A DNA stretch of 64,000 nt from Eledone cirrhosa (GCA_964016885.1 OZ024745.1:70928001-70992000), one strand, 5' to 3'; numbered from the stretch's first letter, positions 1-14,035 are shown. The notes: a model not told the origin generated them from the sequence alone. A program made the numbers and translations.

Positions 1-129
1 ATGTGGCGTGTTCCAGTCACCTCATTTCATTTCACTGACCCTGTTGAGTCTAACTTCCATAACACTTCAACCACACACTTCAGCCAAATTCCAAACTTTA
101 TCGATATATCTGCAACTCTTTTGTGAAGA

Positions 130-430
130 CGCTTGGCTAATTGGTTAGTGTGTTCAGTAGCCGGGGGTAAGGTCATGAGTTTTAGTGCTGGCGGTGCATG
201 GTGTCTTTGAGCATGACATTTGGTTTCCGTCAGATGGAAACAATAAGCTGTAACTGTAAATCAAAGGGTCAGACTTATTGCACACTGATTCTCCCTGAGA
301 ACTTTGTCAATGATACACACACGTGTCTGTGGAATCCTCAGTCACTTACCCGTTAATTTTACGTACAAGCTGTTCCGTTGCTTGAACAACTAAAAGAAGC
401 TCATCGTGTGAACCGACGAAAGATCCACAT
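130..430 (+). mobile_element. tRNA-derived CORE-type SINE (family A), degenerate
   Basis: A-box-like ggctaattggttag, CORE-like gtgtctttgagcatgacatt, and a body tcaaagggtcag...ctccctgagaact...gctgttccgttg shared with 9810-10110, 28500-28650, 56270-56440 and 57180-57360. Confidence 0.6.
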
Positions 431-881
431 AACTCACTGAAATTCTCTGTAGCTCTCCATGGTTTCCTTTCAATCATCAGCTGCATAAATTCAAGCAGAA
501 CATGAACTGCATTGACTTCACCAATCTCCTGGGAATAACATGGAATGGAAAAATAACACGAAAATACGTCATCAGAAATATAGACACATGTCTATATTGG
601 AAAAGAGTTATTGTAATATTCCGCAGTGGTTGGCGTGTTTGGCTCATGATCATAAGAATACTTACAGTGTTATGTGTTGTCTCCTTGAGCCAGGCACTTC
701 ACTTCACGCTGTTCAAGTTTACTCCGCTGAGTATCAACGGCAGTATAGAAAAGTGTTGTGCCCTCATTCCGTAAAAGCAACGCTAGTTACAGCTTTCCAA
801 CGTCCCATTCAGTGGATTCCTTGCATTCTGGAGGTAGAGTAAATATCACAAAGGACTTTGTTCGTTTTAATTTCACACACG

Positions 882-978
<97 letters not shown>

Positions 979-1084
979 TTTTTTTTAGATAGATAGACAG
1001 GTAGGTAGGTAGTAGGTTGGTAGGTAAATAGTTAGTTAATTAGGTAGGTACGTACGTAGGTAAATAGATAGATAGATACATATG

Positions 1085-1381
1085 TTTCTTTATTAGCCAC
1101 AGGGGCACAAAAGAAGGGGACAAGTACAAAGGGGGAAGTTTACATACAATAAAAACGTGTAAAATATTATCACAAATGCAATTGAAAAGATAATCGATTT
1201 TCCCCAATAGGGGGAGACATTGAATATGGGTAACACATACCCCCGAAAAAATGTGCAACCCTCATCTCCAGGAGTACGAAAAGTTTGTACCCCTTTCCTC
1301 TCTTCCTTCTTTTCCTCAACCTACAGGCTGATATAGAGAGAAGGCCCATTCACTCGGGCCATTCTCGCCACTTTCACCCAC
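1085..1381 (-). mobile_element. Tx1/L1-clade LINE 3' end fragment in (GATA)n
   Basis: Similar to 62941-63320 (tttctttattagccacaggggc...gaaggcccattcactcgggccattctcgccactttcaccca); flanked by (TAGA)n on both sides. Confidence 0.85.
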
Positions 1382-1382
1382 G

Positions 1383-1425
<43 letters not shown>

Positions 1426-1690
1426 ACCCCGTGGTTTAGAAACAAAACTATACTTATCCCTACACACTAGAGACTTTCATCTTCAGCTAGTATCTTTCTA
1501 GAAAATTAATATGGCGATAACATTGTATATAACTTTCTTTCCTACAAATTATCACAACAAAATGTGTGACAGGTTTGTTTATAAAAGCTGTGTACCGTGA
1601 AATATATTACGGTATCAACGTCTATGATTTCTGTATTGTTGTGCATACACTGTATTAATTATGCGCATGTGCACACCTATATACAAACGC

Positions 1691-1749
<59 letters not shown>

Positions 1750-1817
1750 TTTAATATATATATATATATGTGTGTGTGTTTATATATATATATATATGAT
1801 ATATACATATATGTATT

Positions 1818-1867
<50 letters not shown>

Positions 1868-2281
1868 TGTGTGTGTGTGTGGGTCTATATCGTTTTAATC
1901 AGTATGTTGCTATAGTAGAACAAACCTGCCAGATGCGCAGTATAGTGGGATCAAACTCAGAAAGTTTCAAAGCTAACTTCTTAAAGTCACAAATACAATA
2001 TCAGCAGAGCCTGCCATATGTAATATATTGAGTTGACAAAAGCTGATTAACTGAAAATTATTCAAATAATTAGTAGACAAAATCTCCCTCTAGGGATATT
2101 CCAAATTCAAAAATAAGCAAGGGAGATAACCCTGATAAGCTGAGTTGAGCGAATTTGTGCACACTATACAGAGAGTGTAGTAAATAATGATTGGAGTGAA
2201 TCTTGTGTTTAAAGACAACTTGTTAAAGTGACAGCCATGTTACTGCCTCATTAGAACTTCTCAGTGAATCATATAGGAATG

Positions 2282-2362
<81 letters not shown>

Positions 2363-2366
<4 letters not shown>

Positions 2367-2557
2367 AACCAGTAAGACCCCAACGGCTGAGCTCAAGCCG
2401 TTTCGACGGCTAATTCTGGACTCAGAATTAGCCGTCGAAACGGCTTGAGCTCAGCCGTAGGGGTCTTACTGGTTCCTATTACCCACTCTGCTACCCTAAG
2501 TATTGAGTACTTTGGTGCGTTATGGTCCACCTGGTTCCTTACCACTTTTCCTTCGTT
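2363..2557 (+). mobile_element. Fold-back element family F2 (PLE pLTR-like, half hammerhead) inserted in (TA)n
   Basis: About 115-bp palindrome plus ~80-bp unique tail; contains CCGTC-GAAA-CGGCT(tgagctc)AGCCG-TA|GGGGTC. Confidence 0.75.
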
Positions 2558-3739
2558 ATATATATATATATATATATTTAGTTTAAAAAAACCTAGGGTA
2601 TATTTTATGTGGGACCCTACTCTATGTATACTTAGTATGCGAAACCCAGCCCTGAGGTCTCTCATTCAGCCATATTCTATCAACACACTAACATACCAGC
2701 ATCCATCAATACAGTCATTACATAGCCTATGTATAACGATATATAATTCATATTTAAACATTAAGCAATTCATTTTTGTCTTTCTCTTTTCAATGTATTT
2801 CTTTTCAACATGAATAATATCTATATTTCATCTGCTGTCTTGAAAGATCTGTTTTCATTATCATCAACTCTAACATACTGCACCAATTCACAGTTGTTCT
2901 TTATTGTATTATATTTTATTTTGAAAGACAGACAATAAAAATCAATAAGTTACCATCTTTGAAATAAAGACCACCAAATGGCGAGTCCATCATCATCGCA
3001 CACTTCAAACAAACGTCTTAAGAAAAACACATGAAAATTGTGTTATTCATGTATGGTTTCAGTCATTTGACTGTGGCCATGTTTGGGCACCACCTTGATT
3101 GAGACAATCATATCGACCCTCAGTAGCTTTTTTTCAAGTTTGATACTTATTTTTGTTTTATTGTCTTCTACTATAACTTCGGGTTGGCTAATGCATTGTG
3201 CGGGAATGACGGGTAGTAAGTTGAAGAGATCCGAACGCACACTACTAATATGTCATACGGCTGTTCTGTCATTGCATCAATGAGATATTGACCACATACT
3301 CAGCATTTTAGAGCCTTATTATACCGTCACTAAATGTAAAAAAAAAATCAATCGTATTCAGGAAGTGTTGAGCAGCTTTGAATTTTGAATTATGTTAGCT
3401 TATTGTAAGTAGCTTCAATGCAGGTTCTTGACTATGAAAAATATTCGAACAAATTGGGCATATATTCCCTTGTGGAGAGTATCGCATGTGGGATTCGAAC
3501 TCACTTTACCGTACTGGACAGCGCACTTACCCGTCATCAGAGAGAGGCGGGATACAATTCCACAACGTACCTCAATCCGACCTTTATCCTCTCCAAGGGT
3601 ACTTTACCTTCTACTAGGAGTTGCGACCAGTAGGTAGTATCAGCAATGGAAAGACCAATAGAAATATTGTTTTCTTGGTCCGATTTGACGAGTTCCACCC
3701 CAATCGGTAAGCGAATGAAGCACAAGATCTTCACGATCG

Positions 3740-3893
<154 letters not shown>

Positions 3894-4793
3894 CATGAGA
3901 TAAACACGATTTTTATTCTTAAAAACACTTTAAATCATTCCAACAGCAATAATACCATTTTATCAAGTTATGCACCCTTGAATAAGGACAAATTATATGA
4001 AAAGAAGGATAAAAGCCTGATTTGAGTGTACATGTTTTAAGGAACTAGATAAATATGGTATATATTTTTATACACATTCTACTCAGAATATAGTTGAACT
4101 ATAAAATGAAACTAATGAAGCAACACAATGAAGTTATGGAAACATTAAATAAATATTTCTTTAATATATATATATATATATATATACAAACAATACTTAC
4201 ACTCATACACATATATACATATACACACATACACATATATATATGTTTATGTGTGTGTGTGTGTATGTCTGCCTGTGTGTGTGTATGAAAGTTAAATAAA
4301 GTATGAATGGAATGAAGATAGAGTTCGTTTGAATTATAATATTTCTCTTATTATTAAATGTAAAGTAATATGAGAATCAATATTACATTGAAATATGATG
4401 CCAGCGAAACAAAAAAAAATATATTTAAAAAGACAGAATAACAACACCAAAAATTATTACCAAACAAGAACAACACTCAAAACGATATAGAAAAATAAAA
4501 TATGGAAAAAGAACAAAAAAAAGAGAAAAAAAAGAAAATATTAAAAGAATTAAAACTAAAGTCACGTGTCCAAAAGTTTTAAAAAATGAAATGAAACAAA
4601 TCAAATGAAATTTTCTCGACCTGCATAATGTAAAATCGAATAGAGAATATAAGATGATTTCAAACGTAAAAGTCTTTTAGATTTTCCCTCTCTACTTCGT
4701 CTTTAACTCTTCGATCCAACAGTATAGAAAACATTTCATAAATATCGGTTTTCTTATTATTATTTACAACACTCACACCACTACACCTCTCGT

Positions 4794-4917
<124 letters not shown>

Positions 4918-4939
4918 CATATATGTATATATATATACA

Positions 4940-5013
<74 letters not shown>

Positions 5014-5023
5014 CATATATGTG

Positions 5024-5117
<94 letters not shown>

Positions 5118-5157
5118 TACAAATATTAATAAAATAGATGTTCTTTTGATCAATTAC

Positions 5158-5210
5158 ATTTTATTATACATATTTCGGATGTACAACAGTACGTTCTCAT
5201 CAGACAAAAT
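5158..5210 (-). ncRNA. Type I hammerhead motif (F3-related, weaker stem II)
   Basis: Minus: ATTTTGT-CTGATGA-GAACGTAC(tgtt)GTACATCC-GAAA-TATGTA-TA|ATAAAAT; the element has short inverted flanks (~5126-5152 vs ~5271-5298). Confidence 0.6.
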
Positions 5211-5387
5211 ATAATGATACATGACATACCCTGAGATGTTAAATGGTTAAGATTTAATCAAGGTACTACCTTGATTAAAAGAACATCTATTTTATCAATA
5301 ACTCTGGAAAATTATTTTTTTCGTAGAGTGCTTTCAATCTACTGTAAAACTCATTCTTCGATATACTCATTGAATCTTGTTTAACTC

Positions 5388-5452
<65 letters not shown>

Positions 5453-5598
5453 GTAATGATAATAAATTTGAAGACTAAAATCCAAAGAGGGCTCGATAAG
5501 GATAAATATATATCAAATATATAAGAACCGTAAAGCAAATATTTATTAAAATAACAGATTAAAGTTTAAGCAAAGAATCGCTGCTTTCACCCTTTGTT

Positions 5599-5649
5599 AG
5601 TTTCAGAAGATCCCGTTAAGGGTGAAAGCAACGATTCTTTGCTTAAACT
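5599..5649 (+). ncRNA. Hammerhead-like motif (family F4) with core variant CAGAAGA
   Basis: AGTTT-CAGAAGA-tCCC(gttaa)GGGt-GAAA-GCAA(cgattct)TTGC-TT|AAACT; lies within inverted repeat 5537-5594/5618-5674. Related sequence at 15278-15350. Confidence 0.5.
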
Positions 5650-5665
5650 TTAATCTGTTATTTTA

Positions 5666-5696
<31 letters not shown>

Positions 5697-5700
<4 letters not shown>

Positions 5701-5892
5701 AACGAGTAGGACCCCGACGGCTGAGCTCAAGCCGTTTCGACGGCTAATTCTGGACGTCCAGAATTAGCCGTCAAAAACGGCTTGAGCTCAGCCGTCGGGG
5801 TCCTACTCGTTCATATTACCCACTCTACTACCCTAAGTATTGAGTACTTTGGTGCGTTATGGTCCACCTAGTTCCTTACCACATTTCCTTCG

Positions 5893-5895
<3 letters not shown>
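5697..5895 (+). mobile_element. F2 fold-back element
   Basis: Near-identical to 2363-2557; TA-flanked. Confidence 0.75.
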
Positions 5896-5949
<54 letters not shown>

Positions 5950-5959
5950 TGTATATATA

Positions 5960-6105
5960 TAACATGAGTCCCGGGTTCAATCGGGGGTAACCACAGTAAG
6001 TAAGGTATGTGATACATTAGTAGAGTGTAAACATCAAATTTAATATAGAAATAGCTTCTACAGGACTAAAACTGTTTCATTCAAAAGAAATCATCAGAAA
6101 AGCCT
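5960..6105 (-). mobile_element. F1 PLE-like pLTR fragment with hammerhead motif and 3' tail
   Basis: Minus: gctttt-CTGATGA-tttcttttgaat-GAAA-cagttttagtcctg-TA-gaagc, followed by a tail homologous to 14910-14995. Confidence 0.6.
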
Positions 6106-6173
6106 TCCTGGGGATTTCTTTCGGATCTTTCTCCCCCCCCCCCTCTCTCTCTCTCTTTATATATATATATATA

Positions 6174-6365
6174 TAGGAACGAGTAGGACCCCGACGGCTG
6201 AGCTCAAGCCGTTTAGACGGCTAATTAGTCCAGAATTAGCCGTCGAAACGGCTTGAGCTCAGCCGTCGGGGTCTTACTCGTTCCTATTACCCACTCTACT
6301 ACCCTAAGTATTGAGTACTTTGGTGCGTTATGGTCCACCTGGTTCCTTAACACATTTCTTCCGTT
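6174..6365 (+). mobile_element. F2 fold-back element
   Basis: Near-identical to 2363-2557; TA-flanked. Confidence 0.75.
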
Positions 6366-6875
6366 ATATATATATATATTGTATTTATATAAACAGTTTG
6401 ACTTAACTCCGCCTTACCAGCGGTTTCAAGTCATAAACATGTCTATACTAAACAACTCTACCGAGTTGGTGGATCCTACCTCTGAAAGATTGTTTCTATA
6501 GATTCGCCTTCACACCAATACACAGCCACCTGAGGAACTATACTAACAGACAAAACGTTCAAAGGTAGATTCACTTTCCCGTTTCATATGGCGGTAAATA
6601 TGGGCCTTGATTTTATGCCAGCGATCAGAATAATATCAAAGGGGGCTTTCTTCTTGAAATTGTGAGAATAGTCTAAGCATAAACATGATATGCACAAACC
6701 TGTTACATATATTCCGATGTACATAGTTCCGATGTACATAGTTCCGATACATCTTCAGATCTGAAACATCAAGAAGCATTGCTTAAATAAATTCTCTTTT
6801 GTAATAAAAAGAAAAAAAATATATATATATATACGATATTAACAAATGGAAACTATATTTATAAAACCATATTTA

Positions 6876-6936
6876 TTTTATTATACATATTTCAAGGACA
6901 CCACGTTAAATTATGGTGTGCTTTCATCAGACAAAT
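6876..6936 (-). ncRNA. Type I hammerhead ribozyme motif (F3)
   Basis: Minus: TTTGT-CTGATGA-AAGcACACCA(loop)TGGTGTcCTT-GAAA-TATGTA-TA|ATAAA. Confidence 0.7.
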
Positions 6937-7086
6937 ATATAATATAGATCAGTTTTATAAATAAATATTGACATACCCTTAAAAAATGCAACCATTACTG
7001 TTGGAAGCTCCAAACACTTGTTGAGTGCTTTATATCAGTTATAAAAATATTTGCTTGTTGTATCCCAACAATTTAAATAGAACTTT

Positions 7087-7134
<48 letters not shown>

Positions 7135-7169
7135 TGTGTGTGTATCTAAATATATATACATACATATAT

Positions 7170-7575
7170 ACATGGTGGCTGCCAACTCGTTTTCGAGTAC
7201 GGCCACTACTTTATATCCATGTAGGAGAACCCCTACCGATGCGCTGAACGAGTGTGACTTTTTAGTCCAGCCAGCGATTTGAAAACTCTGGTACAAACAC
7301 TACACTTGTGACAATTATTGACACATAGTGCTGGGCCCATGGTACCATGTGACGACAAGTGCAGAGAGATCTCCAGATATAAAGCAATGCCTGTGCCGTG
7401 AAGCTTTTATAGTGAGCAAAGGCACTGCACAAAGCCAGTCCCACTCTCTTAACCAAGATGATATTTACCAAAAAGAAGAACAAGTCAACATCATTGGATA
7501 CCATCAGGGTTGCAGGTGTTATATCAGAGTTTTCCTTCTCCTAGAATTCTGCCTTGACAAAGGCTAAGGGGTCAT
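7170..7575 (-). mobile_element. RTE-related non-autonomous element/SINE with (TATG)n tail
   Basis: About 310 bp near-identical to 18950-19260. The minus strand contains CTAGGAGAAGGAAAACTCTGA, typical of RTE 5' regions. A diverged + copy lies at 11190-11460. Confidence 0.6.
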
Positions 7576-7612
7576 CTCTTCCGGTGAAATATATACATAT
7601 ATACATACATAC

Positions 7613-7691
<79 letters not shown>

Positions 7692-8335
7692 TGTGTGTGT
7701 GTGTGTGTATGGGAGTGTGTATATATGCGTGTTTGTGTACAATCCGTTATGTGACCTTTCATATAGTTTCAGTAAGCTCAATTTCACTCACAAGTATTGG
7801 GTCGACCCTCGGCACTTGTTCAATATGCCGCTCAATGAGATCGAACGTAGGCCCTCATGATCGCGAAGTGAACTTCTTAACCACTCAGTTATTCCTATAT
7901 ATGTAACTACAATTATTGTCATGTGACTTGCAAATGGCGCATAACTCTGTTCGTTCCATTATTCGTTATTCCTCTCACAGAAAAAACCCTAGATCCGTCT
8001 GTGAAGGTATCTACTTCAAAGGTTAGGATGGAACATCTATGTAAAACTGTAATAACACATATATGTTTTTGTGCGGAGTAGTGGTGTAGTATATGTGTGT
8101 ACATGTTTGCGTACGTATATATGTGTGTGTGCGTGTGTGTGTGTGTGTGTATGTATGTGTATGTGCGTGTGACTGTGCGTATGTGTATGTATGTATGTAT
8201 GTGTGTGTGTGTGTCCGCGTGTATGTGTATGTGTATGTGTCTGCATGTGTGTGTGGCTGTATATGTATGCCTGTGCGCGTGTGTGTCTTTGTGCGTGCTT
8301 ATGTGTGTGTGTGTGTGTATGTGTGCGTGTGTGCG

Positions 8336-8367
<32 letters not shown>

Positions 8368-8622
8368 AGCTATATCATTTATATTATTCAGACCATCATT
8401 TCACGCCGCGCTATTTTGAAAGATATCAATGCAATCGATGAAATAAGTACCAATAATGTGTTCGGATCAATCAGTTCGATTAGGCCCAATATTTACGATA
8501 AGTGCACTTATATAAGAAATCTAAAATTTAGCGCTAAGCAGCCGAGATATATGATAAAGTTATATATGTTTATATACAGAATAGAAGTAACCGAAACTGC
8601 GTAAATATATACATACACACAC

Positions 8623-8676
<54 letters not shown>

Positions 8677-9603
8677 CACATTTTTACTATATAGGCAATA
8701 AAATCATGAATATTTCCCTGTAAATTAAAACATATATAACCCGTATTTTATGAAATATTGTCGACTAAATGGAGAATATGTAGATGTCAACAAAGATTGT
8801 CAGATGTTGTAAGACATTTGAAGGGTGTCTGAATGCAGTAATCTGTGTTTCTTTTCTTGATATATGCATAATTTGCTTATTATTTATATGGATATCGTTG
8901 TCTACTCCCCATTATAGAATGTTTTCAATGTTTCTGTTTATGGAGGAAATATAAATCCTAATAAAAGGTGTGCAGGCCGTGAAAACAGTGAGGGAAGTAT
9001 GTGATACTGAATAAAAGTTCAGGTTACGTTGATGAAGTTTCAATAGACACGATTAATATTACATTGAAGCTTTTACAAGGCTTTGTGTCAGAGTGGATAA
9101 TGTAATGGCTATAAAGAAACCAGTGAGCTTTTGGTGGAGTCCTTCAACAGAAATCTACGGATTCGTGTTTTTGGTGATTGTTCGAGCCTGTTTGCGGTCA
9201 AACTCTGATAGAAGATTCTTATTGTAGACATGAGATTGGTGGATTTAGAGAGACGTTAGGGCTTTGGACAAATACTTAGTATTTGAACCAACTCCTTATG
9301 TTCTGGGTTCAGATCCCACTGAGATCAACTTCGCCTTTCATCCTTCCGAGGTCGGTAAAATGGAGTATCAGTAAAGAAGTTGGACCGATACAATTGGCAT
9401 TCCCTTCCCCACAAATTGTTGGCCTTGTGCCTAAATTAGAGATCTTATCGTCGCCACGGCCGAAGGTTTAGCTGCCTTCAAGGGCAACAACTTTGCTTTC
9501 TTCGAAATTTCCAAGGACATACAGACCATTAGTGTGCAACATAAAACAAAAGGCCCCTTCCCCTATTAGAGATGGCTAACACAAAACTACACTACTAGTT
9601 GCA

Positions 9604-9638
<35 letters not shown>

Positions 9639-9809
9639 CTCTCCGAATTGAAAGATGAGAGAATTATCTGTACAAGGCCACCTAGTTGAAAGGAGAGCTC
9701 CTTAAGCGAAAACAACCAGATATGTAGTTATATCTAAAATTGAAAAGGGAACATGTGTTCTTGTTTTACATTCAACGAGATTTTTTTACAGAACATTATA
9801 TCATGTCTC

Positions 9810-10110
9810 GTAAAGACGCGTGATTTAGTGGATAGGGTGGGAGTTCGATGTCCGCTAGTACATACTGTCCTTAAGTATGACACTTTATATCACATAATTC
9901 CAATTCAGCCAGCTAGCGAAAACGGGTTATGTTTGTTATTGAAAGCGCCAGCCTTGTTACACATTGGGCTACGCTGAAACTCCCTTAGAACTGCGTTAAA
10001 TGTACACGTGTATGGGGAGTGCTCAGTCGCTTACATGTTAATTTCCAGAGTAAGCAGTCCCTTTGTTCAAATAAATAGAACGCTCGTCGTCTAAACAGAC
10101 GGAGGTCCAA
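9810..10110 (+). mobile_element. SINE family A copy
   Basis: gatttagtggatagggt...ccagccttgttacac...acacgtgtatggggagtgctcagtcgcttacatgttaatttc. Confidence 0.6.
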
Positions 10111-11089
10111 TAGCATGTCATGTGTTAGTATCATTCTTCATTAAATTGTTAGCTTGAAATTGAATATGGATCAATGCTAACATTCTCTCAGGATTTATGT
10201 TTTAATACTAACATTTAATTTGAAAAGGAAAAAAACATAGGCTATAATGGTGACAATTAAAATTACTCGAAGGAAACATTAGAAATTTTCTATCAAGAAA
10301 CAGTAATTTACAGCTGTGCAAAGTATCTGAGATGGCAAAATTTAGATATTTGTGTGATTTTTTTAATAATGAATCCCTTCTTAGCTTTCTAGACGGTCGT
10401 TATATAATAAACAATTTTATGTCAGTTAGCTGACTACCTACCGATCAAATATCTTAATCTCATTATCAGAACAATTAAATGATTAAGAACAGCAATATCC
10501 TTTTGACATTGCTACTGCTACTATAGTGATGTATATAACATTCCAAATTTAGCAAATTATAAACAACAAGAAAAATATACAAATGGAAAAATACCACATC
10601 ATTTAATATTAATGTAAAATAAAAATTAAATTATTTTTTTACGTTGATTTTTAATCCAATATTAATTAAATAATTTACCGATATTTAAATATTGCTTTGA
10701 AGTTATAGATAAATCATTTTTCAGCTTGCTTTTTTTTTAAATCTAAAACCATTATTTATCTCCCTTGCTAGAATTCTTTTTACGCGTTGAAAGCTGCTGA
10801 ATAGTCTCCCTTTAGACTTTTTATTTTTTCATTTATACCTACATGTGTGTAAGGTCATGTATGTATGGACTCAGGTATGTGTATTATTGATGAATGAATA
10901 TTGATGTATACATATGCGTGAATGTGTATGCTTCGAATGTGTACATGTGGATAAATACGAAAGATGATGATATCTTAAATTTATATGAATATATAGGAAC
11001 CGATAATTATACACGTACACACACACACATACGCACGTATATGCATGTATATACACACACATATATATATGTATTTATGTATGTATATA

Positions 11090-11188
<99 letters not shown>

Positions 11189-11189
11189 G

Positions 11190-11460
11190 AAATAGTCGGG
11201 CTGGACACCCGATCGCGCGGTTAAACCACTGGGAGTGAAGGACCCCTAGCCTTTGTCAGGGCATTCTTCTAGGAGAAGGCAACTCAGGAAACTGGGATAA
11301 CTCCGATATAAAACCTGCGGCTCAGTAGTTACCGATGATGTTGATCTTTTCTTGTTTTCAGGTTATAGCTACTGTCGCTCAGAGAGTGGGATTGGCTCAG
11401 TGCACAGTTTTTCCTCACTTTAAAAAATATCTTCACGCACAGGCATTGCACGATAGAATT
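11190..11460 (+). mobile_element. Diverged RTE-related element, same family as 7170-7575
   Basis: gacccctagcctttgtcagggca..ctaggagaaggcaactc..gatgatgttgatct..agagagtgggattggc aligns to the reverse complement of 7390-7575. Confidence 0.55.
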
Positions 11461-11538
11461 AATTAATAGTGGTATATCGTGCAATGGTCATACTCGATAA
11501 CGAAAGGGCAGCCATCGTGTATGTATATACACACGCAC

Positions 11539-11610
<72 letters not shown>

Positions 11611-11704
11611 ATATTCCTGATGATTTCTCCCGAATGAAATATATATATATATATCATATATATCATAAATAGTGTCCTTAGAATTATTATATATATATAT
11701 ATAC

Positions 11705-11787
<83 letters not shown>

Positions 11788-11798
11788 TAAATATATAG

Positions 11799-11830
<32 letters not shown>

Positions 11831-11860
11831 AGATATATATATATATAGATATAGATATAT

Positions 11861-11927
<67 letters not shown>

Positions 11928-12109
11928 AGTTGTTTCGTTGCTACGGTCCCCACGGCTGAATTACCGGTCGCTATCTTCAATTTGCAAAGCCCTTTAAACT
12001 GTATGTTATTAATCTAAGGTTTTATACCTTATCGAGTGCTTGGCTGCACTTCTGAATGCATTCGTAGGCTTAGCTGCGGCTCGAGCTTCGAATATGCTGT
12101 ACTTCCATT

Positions 12110-12143
<34 letters not shown>

Positions 12144-12227
12144 AGGTGAGTTTTATTGTAGAACAATATGTTGACTAGAGACTTTCTTGTTCACAAGTGT
12201 TTTTTTAGGCATCTTATCATGTTACCT

Positions 12228-12298
12228 TATTTTATCTGATGAGAACGCAACTATCGTCCCAGGATGATATTTGATTTTGAAATGCGCATAATAAAATA
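12228..12298 (+). ncRNA. Type I hammerhead motif with palindromic TGCGCA stem III
   Basis: TATTTTAT-CTGATGA(12236-12242)-...-GAAA(12279-12282)-TGCGCA-TA|ATAAAATA; stem II irregular. Confidence 0.65.
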
Positions 12299-12906
12299 TA
12301 TGCGCCATGCTTTCCACCATAGTTACGTCCCTTTACGATCTGAGTTCAAATCCCGCCGAGGCTGACTTTGCCTTTCATCCTTACGGGGTCGATAAAATAA
12401 AGTACCAGTAATGCACTGGTTAATTGCTGGCCTTGTGCCTAAAGTAGAAACAGTTATAAAGGGTGGTGGCATGACAGAAACGGTAGTTACGTCCCCTTTA
12501 CTCTGTCAGTGTACATTTTGGCAGCATGAATAAATTAGTTAGTTTGTGAGAGTGAATGTAAGACAGAGTGATTGAGGGAAGTGTAACCATTGATTGATAA
12601 ATATCAAGGAATTTCAGATAGAGGAAGGATGAAAGATTTAATTGGATAAGGGTAACACTAGATTTCAGATAGATGGTTCAAAAAGAAGGCTAGTGGCGGG
12701 GGTGGAGGTGTTTGATGTGGGGTGTGGGGAGGTAATAGTGTGTTGGTGTTAAGGATGAGGTTACTTTTGCTTAAGAATGGTAGTAATTGTAGTGATGCTG
12801 ATAACGAGGATTATAATGTATTTGTCTATGGTGTTCACATAATCTCCAGAAGGTAGAGTGAAATACACACACACGCATAAAAATAACTACACACAGACAC
12901 TCACAG

Positions 12907-13023
<117 letters not shown>

Positions 13024-13152
13024 TTATATATATATATATATATTTATTTATATATATATATTTATTTATTTATATATATATATTTATTTATTTATATATA
13101 TATATTTATTTATTTATTCATATATATTTATTTATTTAAGCATATATATATA

Positions 13153-13237
<85 letters not shown>

Positions 13238-13346
13238 GGGGTAACAAATGATTGTTATAGGTAGTCCAGTTCAGAGAAACATTTGTCAGCAATGAGATTA
13301 AAAACCTTCTTTGTATAGCAAACCGTGTCACTCTTCTTTCCTGATT

Positions 13347-13498
<152 letters not shown>

Positions 13499-13974
13499 GA
13501 ATATTAAATGAACACCATAGACAAGTATAATGTGGACATTGCTATCGTCACCAACGCCTCAAATAGTGAATTTTCTACATAGAAAATAACATTTACAATC
13601 TGCTCGACAGGGTTTAGTGCTCGATTAATACTAAATACTATAGTATTTTAAACATGCATTCTTATACACACACACATATGTGTATATATATATATATGTG
13701 TGTGTGTGGAGAGAGAGAGGGGGAGAGAGAGAGAGAAAGGGGGTGGGAGAGAGAGAGCGGGGGTCAGTCGTTTTGAGTCCGAGGAGACCACTAATCATGG
13801 GAGTACTCAATGCATGGAGAGATGTAGAGTGAGTATAGAGATAGGTAAAATCAAGCCTAAACCGCTTGGCACCGCGACACGGAGAGAGGGAGATCTCTCT
13901 CTCCCTCTCTCTCTCTCTTTCTCTCTCTCCCTCTCTCTCCCTCTCTCTCCCTCTCTCTCCCCCTCTCTCCCTCT

Positions 13975-14006
<32 letters not shown>

Positions 14007-14035
14007 TTATATATGTATGTGTGCGTGTGTGTGTA

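Noticed and set aside
502-842. 90-100 aa ORFs
   Set aside because: They overlap a CORE-type SINE head; no recognisable protein.
11610-11645. F1-type CTGATGA...GAAA
   Set aside because: Truncated by (TA)n right after GAAA, so stem I cannot close; counted only as a fragment.
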